This document shows positions 44,513 through 53,123 of a stretch of 64,000 bases of DNA, piece after piece. A program made the position numbers and the translations under genes. The notes beneath the pieces are model-generated. The model searched no databases, had not been told where the DNA came from, and saw nothing but the letters and a program-made list of their open reading frames with translations. Positions within the stretch are counted from its first letter, which is position 1. Each line of letters opens with the position of its first letter. The stretch comes from Thermovirgaceae bacterium (GTDB lineage Bacteria; Synergistota; Synergistia; Synergistales; Thermovirgaceae), in NCBI GenBank assembly GCA_035448245.1, contig DAOTIQ010000001.1, forward strand, positions 40,568 through 104,567. The letters run 5' to 3'.

Positions 44513-46078
44513 ATGACTGAGAATCTCAGGCCCTTTCACCATATGAGGTGGAATGAGCCCATAATCTACCAGTTGAGCGAGCCGGGACAGAGGGGGATCC
44601 TCGTTCCTGAGGCCGAGGAGAAGATCACCGCGATGGCTGGTGACGGGATGTCCCTGATACCCTCCGCAATAAGGCGAAGCGATCTTCCGGATCTTCCGGA
44701 AATGGCACAACCCCAGGTGGTAAGACATTTCAACCGCCTTTCCCAGGAGAACCTGGGTGCCGACTCTAATATCGATATTGGCCAGGGAACCTGCACAATG
44801 AAGCACAGCCCGAAGATCAACGAAACTTTTGCCCGATCCCCAAAGATAACGGACCTTCACCCTTATCAGGATGTGTCTACAGTGCAGGGGATTCTCGAGA
44901 TTTTCTACCGGATGGAGGAGATCTTCAGGGAGATCTCCGGGCTTGATTTCTGCAGTGTCCAGCCGGGGGGTGGCGCTCATGGGGCCCTCGCGCTGGCTTC
45001 GATAGTCAGGGCGTGGCATCGTGACAGGGGAGCGAACGAAACCAGGGACGAGGTTATCACGACTCTCTTCTCTCATCCGGCCGATGCTGCCGTGCCAAAG
45101 GTGAAGGGTTACAAGGTGATCGTCCTTCCCCCAGACGAGGAAGGCCTGCCTGACCTGGAGGCTTTCAGGAGCGTTGTCTCCAATAGAACTGCGGCGATCT
45201 TTTTCACCAACCCCGAGGATACGGGCATCTTCAACGCCAGGATCAGGGAGTTCACAGATCTGGCCCATCAACACGGAGCCCTTTGCTGCTATGACCAGGC
45301 AAATGCGAACGGCCTCCTTGGGATAGCGAGGGCAAGGGAAGCCGGTTTTGACATGTCTTTTTTCAACCTTCACAAGACTTTCTCCTCTCCTCATGGGTGC
45401 GGTGGCCCCGCAACGGGCCTGATAATGGTAGACGAAAAACTTGCTTGCCATCTGCCTGTGCCGGTGGTCAAAAAAGACGAGAACAGGGGGCTCTTTTACC
45501 TGGACTGGAATCTTCCGAAAAGTTGCGGGAAAATTAAGGATTTCTTCGGAGTAGCTCCCGTTGTTGTCAGGGCCTATGCCTGGATAATGAGTCTGGGTGC
45601 AGAAGGTCTTGAAGAAGCCTCGAGGACCGCTGTGCTGAACAATAATTACTTCATGAAAAAAATGCTCGACATAAGAGGATGTTCCCTGAGTTACCCGAAT
45701 CATCCTTCAAGGGTGGAACAGGCTCGCTACAGCTGGGGAAAAATGAAGGAGGAGACGGGTTTCGGAACCAACGATGTGCAGAGGCGGATCGCTGATTTCG
45801 GTACTCACTACTGGGGGAGTCACGAGCCCTGGATAGTTCCGGAGCCTTTCACCATCGAGCCAAGCGAATCCTACTCGAAGAGCGATATGGATGAATACCT
45901 GGAGATAATGGCCAGGATTTCCAGGGAGTGCTACGAAGAGCCCGAGGTAATTGCTCATGCTCCCCATAACAGTACCATCCACCATATAGACCACGATTAT
46001 CTTGATGACCCTGACAAGTGGGCTCTGACGTGGAGGGAATACAACAAAAAGTACGAAGGTTATTTCAGGCGGAAATGA
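44513..46078 (+). CDS. glycine dehydrogenase (decarboxylating) subunit 2-like protein, diverged (PLP)
   Basis: GcvPB-like blocks are present: LPE(M)AQPQVVRHF.RLSQ.N, GTCTMKHSPK, and the PLP-lysine block NLHKTF. The SAHGTNPA and PHGGGGPG blocks are altered to FSHPADAA and PHGCGGPA. Confidence 0.75.
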   Translation: MTENLRPFHHMRWNEPIIYQLSEPGQRGILVPEAEEKITAMAGDGMSLIPSAIRRSDLPDLPEMAQPQVVRHFNRLSQENLGADSNIDIGQGTCTMKHSPKINETFARSPKITDLHPYQDVSTVQGILEIFYRMEEIFREISGLDFCSVQPGGGAHGALALASIVRAWHRDRGANETRDEVITTLFSHPADAAVPKVKGYKVIVLPPDEEGLPDLEAFRSVVSNRTAAIFFTNPEDTGIFNARIREFTDLAHQHGALCCYDQANANGLLGIARAREAGFDMSFFNLHKTFSSPHGCGGPATGLIMVDEKLACHLPVPVVKKDENRGLFYLDWNLPKSCGKIKDFFGVAPVVVRAYAWIMSLGAEGLEEASRTAVLNNNYFMKKMLDIRGCSLSYPNHPSRVEQARYSWGKMKEETGFGTNDVQRRIADFGTHYWGSHEPWIVPEPFTIEPSESYSKSDMDEYLEIMARISRECYEEPEVIAHAPHNSTIHHIDHDYLDDPDKWALTWREYNKKYEGYFRRK

Positions 46079-47217
46079 GTGAGGCCGTGGCAGAAAATAT
46101 CAGACGCCTTGGCCTGATAGTCAATCCCGTTGCAGGGATGGGGGGATCCGTCGGGCTGAAGGGGACCGATGGATTGGATATTCTCGAAAGAGCCATTGCG
46201 CTAGGGGCCAAACCCGGGGCGAACCGGAGAGCCATGGAAGCTCTTGAAAGGCTTTGTGATTACCGGAAGCAATTGGAGATAGTGACATTTCCGGGCGAGA
46301 TGGGGGCCACCGTATCAAATAGGGCGGGTTTCAGGCATTCAGTTTTGAGGGGGACAAGCCGCCTTGAAAGGACGTCATCAGAAGACACAGTCAAGGCGGC
46401 AGGGCTTTTGATGTCCGGCGGTGTTGATATTATTCTGTTCGCCGGGGGTGACGGGACGGCGCGGGATATAGTATCGGCAGTAGGAACAGGTATACCGGTG
46501 ATAGGAATACCGGCCGGTGTCAAGATACACTCCCCTGTTTTTGCAAGGAATCCTTCAGCAGCCGGAGAACTGGCCAGGCTTTTCCTGTTTGGTCCCCCGA
46601 CAGGGCTTAGGGAACTGGAGGTTATGGATATCGACGAAGAATCCTTCAGGCAGGGTCGTGTCAGTACGTCCCTGTTTGGATATCTCATGGTTCCCTACGA
46701 GAAGAGCCATCTGCAGGGGGGGAAATCTGGAAGCCCAAGGAGCGAGGCGGTGGAAGTTGACGGCGCGGCAAGGGAGGCAGTTTCGCGGATGCTTCCCGGG
46801 GTTCTGTACCTGGTAGGTCCCGGATCGACCACTGCCTCCCTTATGGGGATCATGGGCTGTCCATTCTCCCTCCTTGGCGTTGATGCTGTCAGGGATGGAA
46901 AGATTCTGGGGAAGGATCTTTCAGAAAGCGAGATCCTGGAAATGATCGAGCCCGGCAATACACGTATCATCATCACAGTAATAGGTGGACAGGGTTTTAT
47001 CTTCGGGAGAGGGAATCAGCAGATCGGCCCGGGGGTAATAAGGATGGTTGGCAAGAAAAACATTACAGTTGTTGCGGCTCCTTCCAAGCTCCGTTCCCTT
47101 CCGGGAAGGTCCATTTTCGTTGATACGGGCGATACCCAGCTTGACGAGGATCTTTGCGGCTACATGAGGGTCATTACCGGTCCCTCAGAGGAGACCCTTG
47201 TGAGCGTCAGAAGATAA
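46075..47217 (+). CDS. ATP-NAD kinase family protein, AcoX/COG3199-like
   Basis: LGLIVNPVAGMGGSVGLKGTDG and GGDGTARD motifs. ATGA overlap with the preceding gene. Confidence 0.75.
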   Translation: MSEAVAENIRRLGLIVNPVAGMGGSVGLKGTDGLDILERAIALGAKPGANRRAMEALERLCDYRKQLEIVTFPGEMGATVSNRAGFRHSVLRGTSRLERTSSEDTVKAAGLLMSGGVDIILFAGGDGTARDIVSAVGTGIPVIGIPAGVKIHSPVFARNPSAAGELARLFLFGPPTGLRELEVMDIDEESFRQGRVSTSLFGYLMVPYEKSHLQGGKSGSPRSEAVEVDGAAREAVSRMLPGVLYLVGPGSTTASLMGIMGCPFSLLGVDAVRDGKILGKDLSESEILEMIEPGNTRIIITVIGGQGFIFGRGNQQIGPGVIRMVGKKNITVVAAPSKLRSLPGRSIFVDTGDTQLDEDLCGYMRVITGPSEETLVSVRR

Positions 47218-47227
47218 CAAAAAAGTC

Positions 47228-47254
47228 GCGGCGGGCATGAACCAGGCCCGCCGC
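47228..47254. terminator. bidirectional intrinsic terminator
   Basis: 9-bp stem gcggcgggc / gcccgccgc with a 9-nt loop. An A6 tract lies upstream (a T-run for the minus-strand gene) and TTTC downstream. Confidence 0.75.
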
Positions 47255-47267
47255 TTTCAACCGGGAG

Positions 47268-47816
47268 CTAAAGAGCGCGGCCCCTTTCTTCGGCTTTTTT
47301 CACCCAGTCTCCTTTCAGGATATCGCCCTTCTCGTGGACCCCGCAGGCAAGCAGTGGTTCTGTCCGTTGAATGCCCAGAAGATCACATGAGGTTCTGAAG
47401 GAGAAAAGCAGGCCTTCGAAGGCATCGGTCCTGTCGTCGCCAGCCGTGGCTACGAGCAGCGCCTCTTTGCCCCTCAGGTCCCAGGCAGCGTTTTCATGAA
47501 GAAAGGGAAGGAATCGGTCCCAGACAGGTTTTATCTGGCTGCTCCACGTATACCAGTAAAGAGGAGTTGAGAAAACGATGACGTCTGCCTGCCTGATCCT
47601 GTCGTGAATACCGTTCATGTCGTCGACGATGATGCAGGGATTGCCCCTGGACCAGCATTTTCTGCAGTCGATGCATCCCCCGAGAGTCATTCCGTTAAGT
47701 CTGATCTCCGATATTTCGTTCCCCTTAGACCCGGCTCCACGAAGGACCGCTTGCGTGAGGGTCTCGCTGTTTCCTCCAGGCCTGGGGCTTCCCAAGAGTG
47801 CAAGAATGCGTTTCAT
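47268..47816 (-). CDS. iron-sulfur flavoprotein (Isf)-like / NADPH-dependent FMN reductase family protein
   Basis: Flavodoxin-like start MKRILALLGSPRPGGNSE plus the compact cysteine motif CIDCRKCWSRGNPC (CX2CX2CX6C). Confidence 0.75.
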   Translation of the reverse strand: MKRILALLGSPRPGGNSETLTQAVLRGAGSKGNEISEIRLNGMTLGGCIDCRKCWSRGNPCIIVDDMNGIHDRIRQADVIVFSTPLYWYTWSSQIKPVWDRFLPFLHENAAWDLRGKEALLVATAGDDRTDAFEGLLFSFRTSCDLLGIQRTEPLLACGVHEKGDILKGDWVKKAEERGRAL

Positions 47817-48715
47817 GCGTATTCCTCCTCATAAAATTGCCGAAATTTGTCGAATATCCCGGCTATTTCCCTTTTGGTAGTTTCATCCGCATCGAGAAGG
47901 GGCGGCCTTACCGGCCCGCCGTACAGCCCGGCGTGGTCCATTGCCGACTTGAGGCCCGGAACCCCGAATCTCGCCGTCACAGCCTGATTGATCCCGATCA
48001 TTGACAGTTGTATCCTTCTGGCCCTGTCGAGATTGCCCTTTTTGAAGGAAGCGAAAATATCCCTGCATGGGCCGGCGAAAAGATTGGCGACTCCCATGGT
48101 CCCGCCGGAACATCCTACTGCCAGGGATGGAAGAAAATAACTGCCCGAACCCGCAAAGACACCGAATCCTTCCGGCGCGTCCCTGCAGATGGTTGCTATC
48201 TGGACAATATCGGCGGAACTGTCCTTGATACCTATTATGTTACCGTGAGTCGCAATTTTTGCCACAAGTGAAGCTCCGAGGTTGACCCCGGTATTTGAAG
48301 GCATGTTGTAGAGGACAAGAGGAGCGGGTGAAGAATCCGCGATTTCAAAAAAGAATTTCTCGAGGCTTTCCGTAGAGTTCTGCCCCTTGTAATAATGTGG
48401 GGGAAGCAGGAGAAGGGCGTCTACTCCCGCACGGGAAGCCTCGATGGCAAGTTCCGCGGTTTCCCTGGTGGATGGGCAGTGGACACCTGCTATTACCTTG
48501 ATCTTCCCTTTGGCCAGTGCTGCGGAAGCACCGAAAAGATCGACTCTTTCGCGGAAAGAGAGAAGGGGGCATTCCCCATTGGATCCGCTCACCACAATCC
48601 CGTCAAGAGGAAGGTTCATCCATTTGCGAAAGTTAAACTCCAGGTTTTTATGGTCTACGTTGCCGGATCGGTCGAATGGTGTCGGAACAGGCGCGTAGAT
48701 GCCTTCCAGTTTCAT
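47813..48715 (-). CDS. dihydrodipicolinate synthase/N-acetylneuraminate lyase family class I aldolase
   Basis: DapA-family blocks GIVVSGSNGE, VIAGV, the YY.KG region and the Schiff-base region IIGIKDSS. ATGA overlap with the downstream flavoprotein gene. Substrate unknown. Confidence 0.8.
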   Translation of the reverse strand: MKLEGIYAPVPTPFDRSGNVDHKNLEFNFRKWMNLPLDGIVVSGSNGECPLLSFRERVDLFGASAALAKGKIKVIAGVHCPSTRETAELAIEASRAGVDALLLLPPHYYKGQNSTESLEKFFFEIADSSPAPLVLYNMPSNTGVNLGASLVAKIATHGNIIGIKDSSADIVQIATICRDAPEGFGVFAGSGSYFLPSLAVGCSGGTMGVANLFAGPCRDIFASFKKGNLDRARRIQLSMIGINQAVTARFGVPGLKSAMDHAGLYGGPVRPPLLDADETTKREIAGIFDKFRQFYEEEYA

Positions 48716-48826
48716 TCGGGCACACCCCTTCCAGAGTAAAATGATATATGGGGACTTCTTCTCCCTACATCATATTATAGATTAGAATCAGTATGGGATG
48801 TTTCTCGGGTCCCCGGAGGCTCTGGC

Positions 48827-49777
48827 ATGAAGGAATTCCGGATCGGCACATGCTCCTGGACAGACAGGTCTCTTCTTTCGAGCGGATGGTATCCTGACTC
48901 TGCAAGGGATGCCCAGTCAAGGCTGAGACACTACTCGGGATTTTTCGATACCGTGGAGGTCGACAGCACGTTTTATGCTATTCCCGACGAGAGCTCCTTT
49001 TATCATTGGGCCTCCAGGACGTCCCCGGGTTTCCTGTTCAATGTGAAAGCCTTCGGTCTTTTTACATTTCATACTCTTCCGGTTTCGTCCCTGCCAGCCC
49101 AGATCAGACCGAAGAATGCGTCACAGGGATCGAAGATCAGGATCGGCGATATTACCAGAGATCAAAGGGTCGGGCTTTGGAATGCCTTTGTTTCCAGGGT
49201 TCTGGTCCTTCACCGTATGGAACGTCTCGGGTATATTCTTTTCCAGTTCCCCCCATGGGTTACCTTTTCGGAAAAGAATCTCCGATGGTTCAGAAGAATA
49301 GGTGATCTTGCGGCTCCCATGCGCGTGGCACTGGAGGTCAGGCACAGGTCGTGGGTCGAAAATGAAAACAGGGAAAGGCTTCTTGAGGTCCTGAGGGAGG
49401 AGAACATGGCCCTGGCGGCCGTTGATGAACCGAAGCTTGACTGGACCGTCCCTTTCGATTGGTCTATCACGGCTACCTGGGGTACTGTCCTGAGATTTCA
49501 CGGAAGAAACGCTCCCGCCTGGAGCAAAAGGAATGCTTCCGTAGCGGAAAGGTTCAATTACCTTTACGATACCGGCGAGCTTGAGGCATTCCGGGAGGCT
49601 TCGGAGCGATTGCCTGACGATACGGGCAGGGTCTTCCTGATGTTCAACAACTGTTTTCGCGATAATGCCGTCAGAAATGCGCTCCAGATGAGAAAGATCA
49701 TGGGGTTCGGGGCGATTGTTCCCCCCGGACAGGAATCACTGGGACTGGGAGAAGTTGCACCGGACGAAAACGAATAA
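48827..49777 (+). CDS. DUF72 (YecE/UPF0759) family protein
   Basis: IGTCSW......WYP..........L..Y...F.TVEVDSTFY..P and F.VKA....TH blocks typical of DUF72. Confidence 0.8.
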   Translation: MKEFRIGTCSWTDRSLLSSGWYPDSARDAQSRLRHYSGFFDTVEVDSTFYAIPDESSFYHWASRTSPGFLFNVKAFGLFTFHTLPVSSLPAQIRPKNASQGSKIRIGDITRDQRVGLWNAFVSRVLVLHRMERLGYILFQFPPWVTFSEKNLRWFRRIGDLAAPMRVALEVRHRSWVENENRERLLEVLREENMALAAVDEPKLDWTVPFDWSITATWGTVLRFHGRNAPAWSKRNASVAERFNYLYDTGELEAFREASERLPDDTGRVFLMFNNCFRDNAVRNALQMRKIMGFGAIVPPGQESLGLGEVAPDENE

Positions 49778-49819
49778 GAGCTGGCTGACCATGTTTATTT
49801 TCGGGGAGGGATGATCTGG

Positions 49820-50788
49820 ATGAGAATAGTGTTTTCCCCCGTTACCTTCCAGAAACTTGAGTCCGTCATCGGCAGGATGTTTGCGGGGCACGAGGTGATA
49901 ATTTCCGACCTTGCAGATCTGCCGGAAAAGATCGCTGGCGCCGAGGTTCTTGTAACGGGGCCCCTTGTTGTGAGAGATGATCTTCTGGAGAGGTCTCCTT
50001 CGTTGCGCCTGGTGCACCAGTGGGGGGTGGGTGTCGAAAAAATAGACCTCGATGCATGTTCCGCAAGGGGGATCCGGGTATGCAATGTTCCCTCCATGGG
50101 CACCGGGAACGCGGAAGGGGTTGCCGAAATAGCCCTGATGCATATGCTGCTCCTTTCCAGACGGTTCGACCGATCACGGGAGAGCCTGGCGAATCGAAGG
50201 CTTTTCTCGCCCCAGGGAGTATCTCTTTGGAAAAAAAGAGCCTGTGTGGTCGGGCTGGGAGATGTCGGGAAAAGTATTGCCGGGCGGCTTTCCTGTATGG
50301 GTATGAAGATCACCGGAGTCAACAGGAGTCACAGGGAAGACCTGGAACGATGGGGGATCGACAGGCTTTACAAACCTGGTGAGGTGGCTTACGCCTTGCC
50401 GGGATGCCGTTTCGTGATACTGGCCATGGAACTCAGCGATGAAACGAGGGAGATAGTTGACGGAGGGTTTCTGAGAGCCATGGATAACGACGCATATCTG
50501 ATCAATGTCGCACGGGCTGAACTGGTCGCAAGGGAGGCTCTCGAAACCGCTCTTCGGAAGGGGGACATTGCCGGTGCGGGCCTGGATGTTTTCTGGAACG
50601 AGCCCGCAGATCCCGATGACCCTCTCCTTAATAACCCTCTTGTAACCATCACGCCCCACATTGGAGGAGTTACGGATGAGGCGATACCGGGAGTCGCCTC
50701 GTACGTGGCAGAGAACGTTACCCGGCTTCAAAGAGGGGTATCTCTGTTGAACTGCCTGAACTGCTCTGCCGGAGAAAAGGAAGGTTGA
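49820..50788 (+). CDS. D-isomer specific 2-hydroxyacid dehydrogenase family protein (NAD-binding)
   Basis: VVGLGDVGKSIAGRL Rossmann motif, LINVARAELV, and GAGLDVFWNEP...ITPHIGG. ATG49820 lies 9 nt after GGGGAGGG; ATG49811 abuts the RBS. Confidence 0.85.
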   Translation: MRIVFSPVTFQKLESVIGRMFAGHEVIISDLADLPEKIAGAEVLVTGPLVVRDDLLERSPSLRLVHQWGVGVEKIDLDACSARGIRVCNVPSMGTGNAEGVAEIALMHMLLLSRRFDRSRESLANRRLFSPQGVSLWKKRACVVGLGDVGKSIAGRLSCMGMKITGVNRSHREDLERWGIDRLYKPGEVAYALPGCRFVILAMELSDETREIVDGGFLRAMDNDAYLINVARAELVAREALETALRKGDIAGAGLDVFWNEPADPDDPLLNNPLVTITPHIGGVTDEAIPGVASYVAENVTRLQRGVSLLNCLNCSAGEKEG

Positions 50789-50793
50789 ACCCG

Positions 50794-51465
50794 ATGAAAA
50801 AAGCCGTTCTTTTTGATTTCGACATGACCCTTATCGACAGCAGCCACGGAGTTACTTTCTGTCTGAACATGGTAGCCGAGAGGTTCGGCCTTGAAAAGGT
50901 AGAAAGACCGGAGGTCCTGAAGACAATAGGGTACCCCATGGAAGAAGCCATGGAGATGCTCTGGGGCGCATTCGATCCTTCATGGACGAATCACTACAGG
51001 GATTACCTCGTGCCTTTCGAGTACGAGAGACTTGCTCCCTTTGCCGGAGTAAGAGAAACACTGGAAAAACTGCGAGCTAATGATGTCGTCATGGCGGTAG
51101 TTTCCAACCGCCGCAGGCTTTTGCCTGCACTGGCAGGAGCGGGGCTTGAGGATTTTTTCTCCATGGCTGTAGGCATGGAAGATGTAAGTGCCCCAAAACC
51201 TGACCCGGAGGCAATTAATCTGGTGCTGGATAGACTTGACGTGTCGCGAGAGCGCGCGTTTTTTGTAGGAGATTCAGAGATCGATGCTATCGCGGCTCGT
51301 AACGCCGGTGTCAGGTTTATCGGAATAACAACCGGAGGAAGGTCGGCATCAGTTCTTCTGGAAGAGGGGGCCTTCGCTGTACTGGAGGATATGTCCAAAA
51401 TACTCCGGGTCGTATGTCCGGGTTTTTGTGATGTGCCTCTTGCCCAAGACCGGGGAGTGTTATGA
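50794..51465 (+). CDS. HAD family hydrolase (phosphoglycolate phosphatase-like subfamily IA)
   Basis: DxDxT motif FDFDMTLIDS, S/T motif VVSN, and the ...K......GDS..D motif. ATG50794 lies 9 nt after GGAAGG. Confidence 0.82.
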   Translation: MKKAVLFDFDMTLIDSSHGVTFCLNMVAERFGLEKVERPEVLKTIGYPMEEAMEMLWGAFDPSWTNHYRDYLVPFEYERLAPFAGVRETLEKLRANDVVMAVVSNRRRLLPALAGAGLEDFFSMAVGMEDVSAPKPDPEAINLVLDRLDVSRERAFFVGDSEIDAIAARNAGVRFIGITTGGRSASVLLEEGAFAVLEDMSKILRVVCPGFCDVPLAQDRGVL

Positions 51466-51472
51466 TTCTGGT

Positions 51473-52396
51473 ATGAAGCAAACAAAGTTAGTCAGGACTT
51501 TTTACTATTTTTTTGCGGCATGCATAATTCTTGGTGCCCTGCTTGTCTACAAGGCATGGTGGGACAGGTATTTTCGCCTGAGGCCCGAACTGGCCACAGC
51601 CGAGCCCGCGGTTCTGTCTATTGATGTTCCTGTGGACGTTGCCCTTCTGTGGGAGGAATCGATAATAGTCTCCCCTTCCACGGGAAAGATATCCTTTCCC
51701 GTCGGGAGGGGGCCCTTGTATTGCCCGAAGGGGGAAACCATAGCGGTAATATCCGGTTCTTCCGGTAAAAAACAGATCAGAATGCCCGGGCCCGGTTATT
51801 TTATGGCGGCCCTTGACGGACAGGAGGGGAAATGGTCATACGGGGATCTGTGGCCGGGCAGCAACAGGATCCCTTCGATCCAGAAACCGGTTTTCATCGC
51901 CGAAGGTGTGGCGGTCCTTCAGGGAGAACCGATCGGCAAGTTTGTTCCCCAGCCTCGACAGTTGAGATGCGTCGCCTATATCGACAGCGCGACCGTGGCC
52001 GAAAACTTTTCGGCCATGGAATATCTGGAGATAAAAAGAGATCCCGCCGACTTGCCCTTCAGGGCAGAGATAAGGGCTGCAAGGGATCTTGGTCCGGCCC
52101 TCAAGGTTTACCTGACTTTGCCTTTTTTCCCCGGGGAGATACTTCTTTCCAGGACAATGTCATTTTTGCATCACACGGGCCAGAGCAGCGGTGTGATGAT
52201 CCCGGAGAGTTCCGTAACTCTAAGGGGTGGTCAAAAGGTTGTTTTCCTGGTTACGGGGGACAGGTCAAGAGCGGTAAAGGTCGAGGGAATACCGGTGTCG
52301 GGAAAGCGTTTTCTTGTTGAGTCAGGACTCTCGCCCGGCGATCTTGTTGTCGTGTCCGGCTCAGAGGCCGAGGAGGGAGAGATCAGAATATGGTGA
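51473..52396 (+). CDS. hypothetical membrane-anchored protein, HlyD-like C-terminal beta-barrel suspected
   Basis: N-terminal TM FYYFFAACIILGALLVY. The C-terminal VVFLV.G.....V.V.G....G..FLVESGLSPGDLVVVSG resembles membrane-fusion-protein ends. Start uncertain (GTG51428 is the alternative). Confidence 0.45.
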   Translation: MKQTKLVRTFYYFFAACIILGALLVYKAWWDRYFRLRPELATAEPAVLSIDVPVDVALLWEESIIVSPSTGKISFPVGRGPLYCPKGETIAVISGSSGKKQIRMPGPGYFMAALDGQEGKWSYGDLWPGSNRIPSIQKPVFIAEGVAVLQGEPIGKFVPQPRQLRCVAYIDSATVAENFSAMEYLEIKRDPADLPFRAEIRAARDLGPALKVYLTLPFFPGEILLSRTMSFLHHTGQSSGVMIPESSVTLRGGQKVVFLVTGDRSRAVKVEGIPVSGKRFLVESGLSPGDLVVVSGSEAEEGEIRIW

Positions 52397-53088
52397 GCGC
52401 TATCTCGTGCAATATCCAGAACATCCGCGAGAGGATCCTGAAGGCTGCATTGGCAGCAGGCCGAAACGGGGACGACGTCAGCCTGGTGGCTGTCACAAAA
52501 ACCCGTTCGGTCCGGGAGATGATCGAGGCGGCAAGTTGCGGGGTAGAGGCCCTTGCCGAGAACCGTGTCCAGGAGGCACTTTCAAAACATGAGGAATGGC
52601 CGCCCGAACTGGATATTTCGTGGCATCTGGTGGGTCATCTGCAGAAGAACAAGGCCAGGAAGGCTGCGGCTATCTTTGACTATATTCACAGCGTGGATTC
52701 AATCCAGTTGGCGAATACTCTGGAAGCCATTCTCCAACCTGAGGGCAATATTGTCCGGATCCTCGTCGAGGTTAATGTTGGTTTTGATCCAAACAAGAAC
52801 GGTGTGCTTCCCGGGGACCTTCCTTTCCTGGTCGAGGAAATCCTTTCTGATTGTCATTCCCTGAGCCTGTGTGGATTCATGACCGTACTGCCCCTGGGAA
52901 TTGATGAAAAAATGACCCGTACTCTCTTTGCCCGGCTCAGACAGCTGCGCGAAGAAATGGTATCCCGCTTCGGAATCCCCTTCCCGGAACTGTCCATGGG
53001 GATGAGCGGGGACTTCGAGTACGCTGTGATGGAAGGCAGTACCATGGTAAGGATAGGAAGCGCGATATTTGGAGAGAGGCAAAGGTAG
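52390..53088 (+). CDS. yggS: YggS family pyridoxal phosphate homeostasis protein
   Basis: Carries LVAVTKT, ENRVQEA, WHLVGHLQKNK and SMGMS.D. Confidence 0.92.
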   Translation: MVSAISCNIQNIRERILKAALAAGRNGDDVSLVAVTKTRSVREMIEAASCGVEALAENRVQEALSKHEEWPPELDISWHLVGHLQKNKARKAAAIFDYIHSVDSIQLANTLEAILQPEGNIVRILVEVNVGFDPNKNGVLPGDLPFLVEEILSDCHSLSLCGFMTVLPLGIDEKMTRTLFARLRQLREEMVSRFGIPFPELSMGMSGDFEYAVMEGSTMVRIGSAIFGERQR

Positions 53089-53123
53089 CGAAAAAGGCAT
53101 TTTTGAAAGGAGGATTTTTGACA

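Noticed and set aside
44201-45703. 500-aa ORF on the minus strand, the longest unexplained ORF in the track
   Set aside because: - It lies entirely antisense to the well-supported GcvPB-like gene.
- Its translation is Arg/Gly/Pro/His-rich and low in complexity, with no motifs, no RBS and no promoter.
- This is the typical shadow ORF of a GC-rich coding region.
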